Source of the DNA: the human T2T-CHM13v2.0 reference genome, Homo sapiens
Direction: 5' to 3' (one strand)
DNA length: 64,000 nucleotides
Assembly (NCBI RefSeq): GCF_009914755.1
Contig: NC_060938.1
Shown piece by piece: positions 41,641-55,944 of the stretch (within the stretch, counting starts at the first letter, position 1; each line of letters opens with the position of its first letter). A program made the position numbers and the translations under genes. Below the pieces are notes generated by a model. That model saw nothing but the letters and a program-made list of their open reading frames with translations, was not told the origin of the DNA and ran no database searches.

Positions 41641-42600
41641 TTTATATATTATAAATATATGTCACGTAAATATCCATTATGACACAGAAGTGAAAGGGCT
41701 TGCGCAAGTTCACAAGCCCAGTGACATATATGTATAATACATATATGTCACATATATTATAAATATATGTATAATATATGTCACATATATTTATAACACA
41801 TATGTCACATATATTTATTATAAATATATGTATATTTTTATTTTATTATAAAATATATTTTATTTTATTATAAAATAGGTATATTTTATATACATTTTAT
41901 TTTATATAAAATAAATAAATATACATATAAAATATGTATATTTTATATACATTTTATTATAAAACATGTATATTTTATATACATATATATGTCACACATA
42001 CAATATATGTGACATATATGTACATAAATATATGTCACATATATTTATAACACATATATGTCACATATATTTATTATAAATATATGTATAATATGTCACA
42101 TATATTTATTATAAATATATGTATAATATATGTCACATATATTTATAACACATATGCCACATATATTTATTATAAATATATGTATATTTTTTATTTTATT
42201 ATAAAATATATTTTATTTTATTATAAAATATATTTTATTTTATTATAAAATATATTTTATTTTATTATAAAATAGGTATATTTTATATACATTTTATTTT
42301 ATATAAAATAAATAAATATACATATAAAATATGTATATTTTATATACATTTTAGTATAAAACATGTATATTTTATATACATTTTATTATAAAACATGTAT
42401 ATTTTATATACATATATATGTCACACATACAATATATGTGACATATATGTACATAAATATATGTCACATATATTTATAACACATATATGTCACATATATT
42501 TATTATAAATATATGTATAATGCATATATGTCACATATATTTATAACACATATATGTCACATATATTTATAATACATAAATGTAAAAAAATATGAATGTA
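41640..42600. repeat. AT-rich complex minisatellite (ATATATGTCACATATAT / TTTTATTATAAA motifs) with a higher-order duplicated block
   Basis: Directly visible; block ~41761-42092 recurs, expanded, at ~42113-42520. Confidence 0.95.
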
Positions 42601-42656
42601 AATACCTATGAGACAAGTGCCCTGCTGGCCTCAATCAAGTCACTGTTCACACTTAC

Positions 42657-42735
42657 CATTCGCAGGTTTTGAGTCGTTCTTGTTTCAACTGCTCTGAGAA
42701 GCTCTCTAAATCTTCCGACTCCTCTTGTCAAGTTC
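42657..42735 (-). CDS. TTC7B: TTC7B coding exon (~exon 6, 79 bp): (G)NLTRGVGRFRELLRAVETRTTQNLRM
   Basis: Translated by hand. Acceptor tgtgtccacacag|G, donor ATG|gtaagt. Phase 2 to 0. Confidence 0.95.
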
Positions 42736-44785
42736 CTGTGTGGACACAGAATTTGACGGTTTTCATCTGGCATGTATTAATATTAAATATTTTATATGCA
42801 CGTTTCAATGCATTTTGTCTGCATAAAAGCTGTTGGCTAGATTTTAAGCAAACGATTACTCTGCACATGCCTAGCCATCTTTGGTTAAATGAAACATTTG
42901 ACCTAAGATTGATGGCCTTTTGTGTTTTCTAACCCCTAGCACATTTTCTCTAAAAAATAAAAATTTGAAAATCAGTTGAAGCCAACAAATTAAAAAGCAA
43001 GATACCTTAGAAGAGTCTGTGTTCAAACTCTCAATGGCTCTATAGAGTGGGACTGAAATCTATATTTTCATTTAAAAGGTGGGAGACAACACTGGGCAAC
43101 AGGGCACAGGAATATGAGCAAGCACCGTGTGCAACATGGGTAAGGATAAAATATGAAGATGGAAGGCACAAAAAAACAGGAACTCCACCAAGCAACCACT
43201 CTGCATCTTTGAGAACATAAACTTATCAAACCCAGTAAATTCATCAAACCAACCCTCCTCCAAACCCCACACTGACGAAAAAGAAGCAAAGGGTCAGAGG
43301 CCCCTTCTGAGAGCGAGCATGTGACAACTGGAACCCGAGCTCCCTGAGTGTGAGCAGAGCACACCTCATCTCGCTGCCACTCACACCCCACAGGGACACA
43401 TTTGGTGACATGTTTCATTAAGAGACAAATAATTATTTTGTAACATCCTGGTCAATATTTTCAAGCCCCACTTGTCCTCTCTGAAAGCTGCATCCAGCCT
43501 GCTGAGCTGGGAACGCTCCCCAGCTGGTCCCTTTACATTAAGCACCGCCACCACCTATGACATAACTCGGCGATATTTATAACCTGCTCATTAGAACATA
43601 TCTCATCTTTCCAAAAAGCCACAGTGTGGGTCAGCCAGTGCAAACGTGTCAGCCAGCCTCTGCAGGCCGTGGCAGATGCTCTAGGTATTTGGCTCTCTTC
43701 TTGGACGACATTTTGAATCATGCAAAGATATTAAATCAAACTGAATGTGGGTTCTGTAAGTTACAAGCACTCATGAGGGCTATTAATTCGCATCTTATAC
43801 CTACATGACATCCCAGGGCTCTCATGCACAAGAATGGCCCCAGAACTTTAAGATAATGATTTATTGGCATAGGTACATAAATACTCCCATAGTCCTCTCA
43901 CCCACACATATCAGATGATATCAGATCAGAAGCTTGATGGTGGCATAAAAAGAGAAGCTGTGCTCAGGATGCCAAGCAGCACTAAAGGAAACCTAACAGA
44001 GACGTGAATAAAGATTAGGTAACAGGCCCTGGGACATGCAATCTACTCTGCTTTCTCCTTCATTTGTTTTTATGGGATCCATGTTCACAGGCAACAAAGT
44101 ACATTTGCTTTGGACTGAAGCTCAGTTCTCTTAAGTAACACGGCGGGAAGGAAATAGCTACAGCTAAACAAAGGATGGGAATGGATATGGTAGTCTAACT
44201 TTGTTCCAGAATCACGGATTAAACTCCTACTGGGTACAGAAGGGATGGTACTTTGAATTGTATGAAATAAGCTGTGACTGAGGCAACATAAGTGGAGACC
44301 CTGGTTGAAGGGGCTGATTTACCAGGTAGAAATCAGGCCTGGAATAAGCAGGATCAAACCTAAATATTGTAACCCAGGGAAGCCTACAAATAGGAACTGG
44401 TCATTCAGAATGTTTCCAGTGTCCTAGGAAACAGAGTAAGCTACTTAGACAGTTACAGAAGCACAGAATTTTCCAGCTATAAATGATCCAACAGAATCTG
44501 GTCCGTTATGACACAGAAGTGAAGGGCCTGCTCAAGCTCACAGGCCCAGTGAGAGAGTGAGCTGGGAGCTTTCTACCGTACTCTGTTACCTTCCTGGGTA
44601 CACATAAGCTCTAAAACAGAAGTGTAACTCTAGAGGAAGGAACAAAATATGAATCCAAGAGTTCAGGTCTATGTTTTGCATCATTAATATGCAAATTACT
44701 TCATATATTTATAACATAAATTCTGTGTGTCCCAGTGATGACAGCTAATAAGATACTCATTACTGGTCCAAAACTGGAAAGAAAA

Positions 44786-45225
44786 TCCGTTGGCCCAGGT
44801 GAAGAAGTCCAGTGAATGCGGGTAATGCCCTGGGCTGCCGAAAGAGATCAATGACGGGTAGAGAAATTCAATTCCCCCGTTAAGGTGCAAGACGGTTTCT
44901 CCCATGCAGGACCGAGGCCCTCTGGTGGAGGAACGGAGGAAGTCTCCGCCCCGAAGGAGGCCAGGCAGGATGAGGCAACACCAGCCACTGGGTGCGTATT
45001 CCCAATTAAGCCTTTGAAGCAAATACAAGTTTTTCTCAAACTGTTTCCAGTTTATTCCTGGAGAGAGTTTAAGATTCAGAAGCAAATTCTTCCTCAATCT
45101 GGGAAGCATCTGCTTGTAAACAAAGAAGCCACAGTAACCACAGAGCTGAGAAGGCCTGAAGCTACAACCCATTGCAATGAATGCGGCACCCAGAAGGGTG
45201 CCCGCCCCACCACAGATCAATCGGA
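44786..45225. promoter_or_regulatory. Candidate intronic regulatory element (local CpG retention; ETS, GC-box and GCM motifs)
   Basis: 11 CpGs in ~44787-44997; GGAAGT abutting CCGCCCC (~44939-44952); ATGCGGGT at 44816-44823; second CCGCCCC near 45202. Confidence 0.4.
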
Positions 45226-48200
45226 CAGCAAGAAGAGGTGAAACAGGCACATCTTAAAGTGCCCAAATGTAAAAGCATGATTCCCAGGAAATCCTGTCTT
45301 CCAAACATGTTTAAATCACATAATCATAATTTTATTCAACTAATCGCTTCCACTGTTGCCATGAGAGCAGAAAAGGAAAAATGTTCAAGTACACGGATAA
45401 TCAGAACAAAAAAAAGAGGAAGTTAACTTGCAAGAATTCTATTCCAAATGCTATGAGATAACCCAATTTGAGAGAGGCAAACAAAACCCACACGATTGCT
45501 TTCATATCTTCAAACTGTTAGTTAATTCTTAAAATGTTGAGATCAATTAAACATCTAAGAAGGAACTGTTGCTTAAAACTCCACTCAAAATGAAGATAAG
45601 AGAGCCAAGGAATCTCCCAATCTCCCTGTTTTGAGGGTTTCCACAAATCCCTGACATTAGGTCATTTATTCCATTTCAACACCCTTGCCTGAGAGAGTGC
45701 AATGATGTCAGAATTCATTATGGTAAACTATTCTCAAAACAAATGTTCCTGCCAGCATTCACTCAGCGGGCACTCTGGCAAGCTGTCAGAACTTGGGGTT
45801 CATCTCCTGCACTTTACTTCACAAGCTTCCTGAGCTGGGTGCATTTCCTTCCACTTGGAATCGTTCCCAACAGCTCGGCTGGGACCAAGGAGGAAAGGGC
45901 CTGCAGGTCCCCGGAGCACCAGCTGCTCGTTCCGCCTGACAGGCAAAGCTCTGCTTCCGCTCACCAACATCACTGTCCTCAGCCCATTATGGAGAGCTCA
46001 GGCCAGAGTCCCACAGCCTTGCTCTCATTCAAATCCTTGTTTTTCCACTGGCAGGAAAGCCTACCACTTTTCATGGGGACATAGTCTACTCTTCCCTTGA
46101 CCTACTTCCATCTTTTCTTCTCTCCTATCTTTTCTATCTGGTTTTATCCTCCTCCTGCTGAACCTCCTTCCAGGGCTTGTCTGCTGATTCGCCAGCATTC
46201 AACCCTCCCTCTCGACCCTCTGTCCTGGCGATAGGTTCCAGTTCCCCCTTGGGCCCCATGGCAGCACCTTTCCAGGCTCTGAAATGTACATTCTAACGTA
46301 CAAGCTTACCGCACCTGGTTTCGTCCTGTTCTATGACTCTGAACCACATTCTCGGCTCTTTAATATTGCCATCTGTCCCTCTGTGATCAAACCAAGGAGG
46401 AAATGTAAATGGGAAGAAGGCCAGAGCTCCAAAATCAAAATGGAAAACCAAGGCTAGAGAAATTTGGGGACATGAGAATCATTTCAGCTTGTAATGAGTG
46501 GCTACTTCAATAATAAGCTCAATACATTTTTGTTGTGTTGTTATTTCTCCTTTTATTTCTTGGGAGTAGGGTGGGAAAAGACAATTCTTCCCTTTAACTT
46601 GTCCTTCCAAATTATCTTCAGACCTCAAAATCTGACCTAGGCACCAATACACTTAAATTCAATATCACCTGTCATTGTCGTGGAAACTCAAAGTAGTAGT
46701 GTGAATAAAAGACTGGGTCAATTTCCTGGGTAATGAGGAAAAGGAGGCCTGCTAGAGTCTATTCAATATTTTTTTCTCTTATGTGGCTGAGAATCTTATA
46801 ACTAAAGATCAAACACAATAAGTCAACCCAGTAGATCTCAAAGAGCAAAGAAACCGTCTGCCTTTCTCCATGTTTTCTTCTCACCAACCAGCACTCCTGA
46901 AATGCTGAAGCACTAGGTTACTTCCACAATGACTGAGCAATGTTTCTCAGCCAAGGCCAGGTTGGTCCCTGAGGACACACTGTTGAGCAGGGGACACCGT
47001 CCCTGCCTCAGGGAGCTTAGATGGCTTCACATCCCCACAAAAATGTAAGTGCCTCCAAGACAGAGGCCTTGGCTTTATTCACTGACATAACCCAAGCCTC
47101 TGAAACGGAGCCTGGCATACAGGAAGCACCCAATTAATATTTGTTGAATGAAAAAGAACCATCATGAGCCGAATGAACCAAGACAATGAGGGGATACATT
47201 TCCTACCCGTTTCTTGTCTCCTTCTTTCTCACTGAACACAGTTCAGCAGGCAGCAAAGCACTGCACTCTCTTAACTAGAACAGCCTAGTATGCCCTCGGG
47301 GGCTTTGCTTATAGCGTGGAGACCTGGGGGAGCAGTACTCCTACACCAGTGGCATGCCCAGCCTAGCAGTTTCTAGAGAGCTACGTGGATAATGGAGATT
47401 TTGAGGTTTTTTAAAGAAAAGTTCCAGGCATTTCAGGGAAACTTTCCTGCCCTTGTGCCTTCACACTTGCTCCTCTGTCTGCAGGGTCAAGACCCAGGGC
47501 TGAGGCCAGCCTAGATAGCACTTTATACCTTTCCATACTGATTTTCATTTGAGTTTATATCTGTTCACCAACCAAACTGCAATCATTGTGAAGGCAAAGG
47601 CCCCCTGTGTACCCACCACTCCTTGTCTCAACTGCCTTACAGGGCCAGCCAGTACCAGTGACGTTTAACAAGCTGGGCACCCCCAAAAGAAAGAAAAGAG
47701 TGAGCACCATCTTATATTCCCAGACCCCTTTCCCCATCTCCTTGCTGAAAAGAGTTATCTCAGTTACAAAGGGAACAACTAAAGCAGGTACTTGGTATAC
47801 CATGAGATACATCCCATCATCATATACGTATACCCTTATGGTATGTATCTGCTTTTCCAGAGTTGTAAGTGTTGACAAAGACAATGTCATTCTGGATATT
47901 GTCAACACTTACAACTCCGGAAAAGCAGATACATACCATGTATCTTCTAGGTCCATCACTTTTAGTTCTCAGGCTTGAGAATTTACGTAACCCTTAGTAT
48001 CATCTATCTTGAAAAAGGCTGAAATCAAAACCAGATACCCAGATCTGGAAAGTGGGAGAAGAACAGATACCCTTCACAGTCCAAAAGGACACTGTGGCCG
48101 GCTGTCAGGGAGCTGTTTTTCCCAGAATGGAGTCCAGCTTCCCCCTCTGTACATACTCTCCTCCTCATATCCAATGACACGCATTTGTGAAGACAGATGG

Positions 48201-48844
48201 CTTGCTGCAGTCAGGGGCCAGGGATCAAACCCACAACCTTGGCCTCGTTAGCGAAGGGCTCTCTCTTACCCATGGAGCAAGCCAGCTGCAGCCTGGATAT
48301 AGTGACGGAGGGTGTGACAGCCATCCACGCCGAGATGAGAACAAGCAGGCGAGGCTTCCGGATGTCTCACCTCAAACCTTATGAGAGCTGTACTGGGCTT
48401 AACAACATTTTTTGGACTACCTCAGCAATTGAGGCTTCCTCGTGACAAAAGCAGAGTCAATTATACATTTGGTCAGCCGGCCAGGCAGCACACAGTACAG
48501 GGAGTAGGGACTACGGCCCAGGCAGTGTAAGTGGCACCAGACACATAAAGTCAAAGAAGTCACAGAGAGTGGCTTCTTGGAGTTCATACTTCAGGGGCCA
48601 GGACAGGAACACATAAACAAGTCCTTCCAACAGGCGTGCACAAGGCCTAAGAATGAAAAGTGGCCAGACTGCTCTGACAGCCCAGCCAGAAGAGCAACTC
48701 GCCTGCCCTTCACCTGTCCCCTCCACTCCCCTAAGCTCCGAGTCTCTGAGAAACAGGAAGTGTAGAAAGCCTTGCCCCATCTCACATCCTTCCTTTCAAC
48801 CTCTGGGAATGAGTCAAAGAATATCAGTACTCATTCCAAAAGAA

Positions 48845-48929
48845 ACATATATATATACACACACACAAATATATATTTCTCTCTCCATATATATCTGTGT
48901 GTGTGTGTATATATGTGTATATATGTATA

Positions 48930-48964
<35 letters not shown>

Positions 48965-48981
48965 GGAAAGAGAGAGAGAGA
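48845..48981. repeat. Compound (TA)n/(CA)n/(TG)n/(GA)n microsatellite
   Basis: Directly visible. Confidence 0.92.
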
Positions 48982-49224
48982 ACACTCATACCTACTATGC
49001 ACTAAGAAGTGAGGCACAGTGAACGCAATGGTAAGCCAGTCAGCAGACGTGAGTCCTCATGAACTTGTATTTTAATGATGTTCAGTTTAACCCTAATGGT
49101 ATCCAAACACACTTGGACTCCTCAACCTAATAATACTTAAAACAAACCAATCCGAACTTATCTATCATATAAGGATTGTCCTTCACCCGGGAATCCATAT
49201 GTTTATCTATATACCTGAATGTAA

Positions 49225-49640
49225 AGAGACAAAATAGAGTCATGGTTACAGACCCTGGAGCCGGACAGCATGAGTTCAAGTCCAAGCTTTGCCATTTATT
49301 AATTGTTGACCTTGGGCAAGTGCCTGTGCCACAGTTTCCTTATAAAATGGAAATAACAACTGTACCCACCTCATTTAACCATACCCACCTCACTGCTGTA
49401 AGAATTAAACTAGTCAGTAACAACTGTATTGCCCTCATTGGGTAACTGTACCCACCTCACTGTTGTAAGAATTAAACTAGTCAGTAACAACTGTACCCAC
49501 CTCATTGAGTAACTGTACCCACCTCACTGTCGTAAGAATTAAACTAGTCAGTAACAACTGTATCCACCTCATTGATTTGTTGTAAGAATTAAACTAGTCA
49601 GTAAATGTAGGAAGTGCTTTTTAAGTATTTGCCATTATTA
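49225..49640 (+). mobile_element. MIR with internal tandem amplification
   Basis: gagttcaagtccaagctttgccattta...gaccttgggcaag...cagtttccttataaaatggaaataa. Confidence 0.8.
49354..49602. repeat. ~67-bp minisatellite, 4 units
   Basis: Units start at 49354, 49418, 49485 and 49552; each ends gtaagaattaaactagtcag. Confidence 0.95.
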
Positions 49641-52600
49641 CTTCTGTTAGCCTCAAAACTCTATCATTGTTTAAAAAAAAAAAAACTTTTGGAATTCTGG
49701 AATCTGTTTTCCAGTCAATTTATAGCATATGAAAATCTGCTTTACTTCTTTGAAGTCATTTAATTTTGAAGGAAAAAAGATATTCCCCAGTTTGATTCAT
49801 TGATCCTCTTTGCTATTTACTGAAAGTCTACCATGTCCCAGGAACTCCCTATGTAATTCCCAGGTCTGGCTCACAATGACAAAAGACAACCCATGTCAGG
49901 TAAGAACAGTAAAAAACTTTCTCTGGGGCCTTGTGGTCACCCTCCTGGGAAATGATGTGACATCTCCTAAGAGTGCTGGTGCCCCTGACGGGGGCAGGGG
50001 AACAGTCTCCAGCCACGGCTTTGGGGTGGGGCACGGACAGATGACCGCGTGTCTGGCAGGTGTGAATCCTGACTGCTCCATCACACTTAGCACAGTGAGC
50101 GTGTGGAGACTGTTCTGAGTTCATCAAGAAGGGCCAGATCACACTAAAAAATGTGAACTCAAAAGTGAACCACCAAAGCTTTATGAGCCCATAACACAAA
50201 GCTGGAGAGGAAAGCTCGCCACTTCCACTGGGGAAGTGTCTGCTCCAGACCTGGCCAGAGCTGGAAGACAAGCATGAGGGCGGGGTCCCCATCAGCCTGC
50301 TTCATAAGACGGGGCTCAATTAGCTGCACAGAACACTGATGGGCACAGGCCAACAATATTCGTTTTTAATAGTCCAGAAAAGTGCAGAAAAAAGACAATC
50401 TGGAAGGTAAAAATGTCCTGCTAACAAAATGACTTCATTCATCAATTCTGAGTGGCAAAGTCACATAGGAAAAGAACTTCTGGCCACCCTGTCCATCCCC
50501 TCGACTGGGCTATGGAGAGGAAAAAAAGGCAGAAAGGATGTCAAGGGGAGGAAAGTCCCTCCAAACGCACCACAAGCACTTGAGCTGGAAGTTCGAGTGT
50601 GAGGATAAGAGTGCAACGTTCACTTCCATTCAATTGACAGGAGAACTGCATTTCCAACACAACTCTGGCGACCACATTTCAAAGCTAGAACAGTGAGAAA
50701 AAAATCCAAGGGGATCATTTGAAAGAAAGGGAAAAAAAAAGACCATTACATGTGCAGGGGTCAGCAGTCCAAATGGCTGCAGAAGCCAAGCAGGTAGCAG
50801 AGGTGGGTGAAGACAGACTGTGGGACGACAGGCGTCGCAAGCCTACAGGCCTCCAGTTCAAAACCATAACATAGAAACTCAACAGGGAAGGGAGGCTCTT
50901 TGCCATTAAATTGGTAAATAAAAGCCTCTGATATTTTTCTTGGGGAAACAAAGCAGTGCTGCTCAGTTTGAGGCAGCACAGTGCCGATGGGATTGTCACA
51001 CATTCTCAGGAGTGGGACCAGATAACCCGCTTGGGCCTGGGAAAGGCAAATCTGCTGGGGAGAGAAGACAAAAAGGGCAAAGGTTGAGGAGGCTCATGAG
51101 AAGAAGGACTGGAAGTGAGCATGGAATGTGAGCCATCTGGGAACATGGCAAGGGGAACAAGTACCAGATGCCAGGCATGCACTGAGATGGGGAAGGACTG
51201 GCCAACGGGCTTCACCTTGTCTCTTCCTCATCTGCAAAATAGGACTAACACCTACTTGCCATATGCAATGAGATGGCACCTGGAAAGCTTCTGACTCCAT
51301 GCTCAAAAACACGTGAATCCTCCGCCTTTCCCCAACCAGCTGCTACGTCCCACCATCCGGCCCTTCATTCCACATACAAACATTTACTGGCTAAAAGCCA
51401 AAAGCAGCCACTGGTGTGATTGTGAACCTTTGGTTTAATAGAAAACAGTGCAGAATCTGAACCGGTTTCTATGATGTACTACACCAAACTCTTCTTCTCA
51501 ATTGTAGCTTTATACATGAGGAAACCCAGGCTTAGAAATAACAGGGAACATGCCCATGATCACACAGCCCACAGCAGAAGAGCTGGGATTTGAACTCAGG
51601 CCCTATCTGATGCCAGTGCTAAGGAAAGGTGAAGATGATCCCTGTCGTGCAGAAGCCTGCAGTCAAACTGGAAAATGTGACTACCTCCTATGACGCAAAA
51701 CAAAGGCATCCCAGGGACAGGAGAGCAGCCTGGGAAGGCTCCCAGCGGCACAGGCCAGCTGAAGTCTCTGAACCTAGACACATCTGGCTGCAAAGAATGG
51801 GATGGGATCCCACTGGGAGTGGGTGACAAAGGGGTAGCAGAGAATTTATGCTGAGGCGTCTGAGCTTCACAGCAGAAACAGGACTCAGAAGAAAGATGGT
51901 GTCGGGGAAAAAGACTAACATTGATAAGATGGCGACAACACAGAAGACGCTCTGACCAGAAGTCAACCCTCTGAAGTCAGTTCTTTCATCGCACAGCACC
52001 TCATTTATTTGGCTTTCCCAGTCAGAGTTCACACTCACTCACTCCGACGCGAAGCTCAGGTTTACCTTGGCTCTATCTACAGAAAAGAAAAAGCTTTGCT
52101 AAGCACATCAGCAGAGCAAACATGATCTGTGAGGAGAATATTTAATTTGCTCAGGGGAATAAGCTATTTCAAGCCCCTCTAAGCCATCCAGAGGAGCTGC
52201 CATTTACTAATAAACCACTGACATGGTAATTAAAATTATTTCACTCTCTCATCAAGAAAGTCCCCACAAGAGACTGGGCTTCTTCAGGACAGAGACTGGG
52301 TCCCTCCCACTAGGATGGAGTATGATCCAGCTGCACACCTACTCATGTAGCTGTTGTGAGGATGAAAGGTCACAGTCACTGCCCAGGAAAGGTCAGCCAT
52401 CATCTTCTTCTGAGATACCACTAACTGGTTCCATGCCATTCCCCAACTCATTATTCCAGATGATCTGCCAGCCAACCTAGTGACACAGGCAGGAATTCGT
52501 TACTCGCAACTGATAAGGAGGGAAACTGAGTCCCAGAGAGAGAAGAAGGGAGTCTGGCCCAACAGCTCTAGGAGGGGCTGAGCCAGGACCTGATTCCCAC

Positions 52601-52689
52601 CCGGCCTCTGGGTTCCCAGGGCAGGGATTCCCTCCCCTGCCCTCTGCTGGGTACTGTTCTAGCCCATATTTCATTGACCCCCTCAATTC

Positions 52690-54320
<1,631 letters not shown>

Positions 54321-55002
54321 TATTTTCATCATCTGTTATCAGTGATCTTTGATAATACCATAATTGTTTGGGGGTGCCACAAACCATGCCCACCTAAGAT
54401 GGCAAACTTGATCAATAAATGTTGTATATGTGCCCCACTGACCAGCCATTTCCCCATCTCTCTCCCTTTCCTTGGTCTTCCCTATTCCCTGAGACATAAT
54501 ATTGAAATGAGGCCAATTAACAACCCTACAATGGCCTTTAAAGTTCAAGTGAAAGGAAGAATTGCACATCTCTTACTTTAAATCAAAAGCTGGAAATAAT
54601 TAAGATTAGTGAGGAAGGTCTGCCAAAAGCCAAGATGGGCTGAAAGTGGGGCCTTTTGTACCAAACACTTAGTCAAGTTGAAAATGCAAAGGAAGACTGC
54701 TTGAAGAAAATTAAAAGTGCCTACTCCAGTCAACACACAAATGATAAAAATAATTTTTTAAAAAAAGCAAAAGAGCCTTATTGCTGATAGGGAAAAAGTC
54801 TGCATGGTCTGGATAGAAGATTAAAGCAGCCTGAACATTCCCTTAAACCAAAGCCTAATCTAGAGCAAGGCCCTAATTCTCTTCAATTCTTTGAAGGCTG
54901 AGAGAGGTGAAGAAGATGCAGAGGAAAAGTTTGAACCTGGCAGAGGCTGGTTTATGAGGTTGAAGGAAAGAAGCTGTTTCTATGATATAAAAGTGCAAGG
55001 TG

Positions 55003-55301
55003 GAAAGGTGTGGTGGCTCACGCCTGTAATCCCAGCACTTTGGGAGGCCGAGGCGGGCGGATCACGAGGTTAGGAGCTCGAGACCAGCCTGGCCAACATA
55101 GTGAAACCCCACATCTACTAAAAATACAAAAAATTAGCCAGGCGTGGTGATGGGTGCCTGTAATCCCAGCTACTCCAGAGGCTGAGGCAGGAGAACAGCT
55201 AGAACCCAGGAGGTGGAGGTTGCAGTGAGCCAAGGTCACACCACTGCACTCCAGCCCAGGCGACAGTGCGAGACTCCATCTCAAAAAAAAAAAAAAAAAA
55301 A
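55003..55301 (+). mobile_element. AluSg-like element inside Tigger1, 14-bp TSD
   Basis: TSD aaaagtgcaaggtg at 54989-55002 and 55302-55315. Confidence 0.93.
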
Positions 55302-55944
55302 AAAAGTGCAAGGTGAAGCAGCAAGTGTTGATATAGAAGCTACAGAAAGTTATCCAGAAGTTCTAGCTGAGGTCATTAATGAAGGTGCCTATAGTAAACA
55401 ACAGATTTTCAATGTAGATGAAACAGCCTTCTATTGGAAGAAAATGTTATCTACGACTTTCGTAGCTACAGAGAAGTCAACGCCTGGCTACAAAGCTTCA
55501 AAGGACAGGCTGACTCTCTTGCAGGAGCTAATGCAACTGGTGACTTTGAGTTGAAACCAATGCTCATTTACCATTTTGAAAATCCTAGGGCCCTTAAGAA
55601 TTATGCTAAATTGACTCTGCCTGTGCTCTGTAAATGGAACAATAAAGCCTGGATGAAAGCACATCTGTTTACAGCACGGTTCACTGAATATTTGAAGCCC
55701 ACTGTTCAGATGCACTCAAAAGAAAGGATTCCTTTCCAGATATTACTGCTCATTGACAATGTACCTGGTCACCCAAGAGCTCTGATGGAGATGTATAAGG
55801 AGATAAAAGTTGTTTTCATGCCTGCTAACACAACATCCATTCTGTAGCCCAAGGGTCAAGGAGTAATTCTGACTTACTGTTTACCATAGATAGTGATTCC
55901 TCTGATGGATCTGGGAAAAGCAAATTGAAAACCTCTGGAAAGGA

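Noticed and set aside
44696-45250. 184-aa minus-strand and 118-aa plus-strand ORFs as a novel gene
   Set aside because: Non-ATG starts, no recognisable domain, lengths compatible with chance in GC-richer sequence.
49354-49602. CRISPR-like repeat/spacer array
   Set aside because: The intervening parts are themselves repeated, the unit derives from a MIR, the context is a primate intron, and no cas genes are present.
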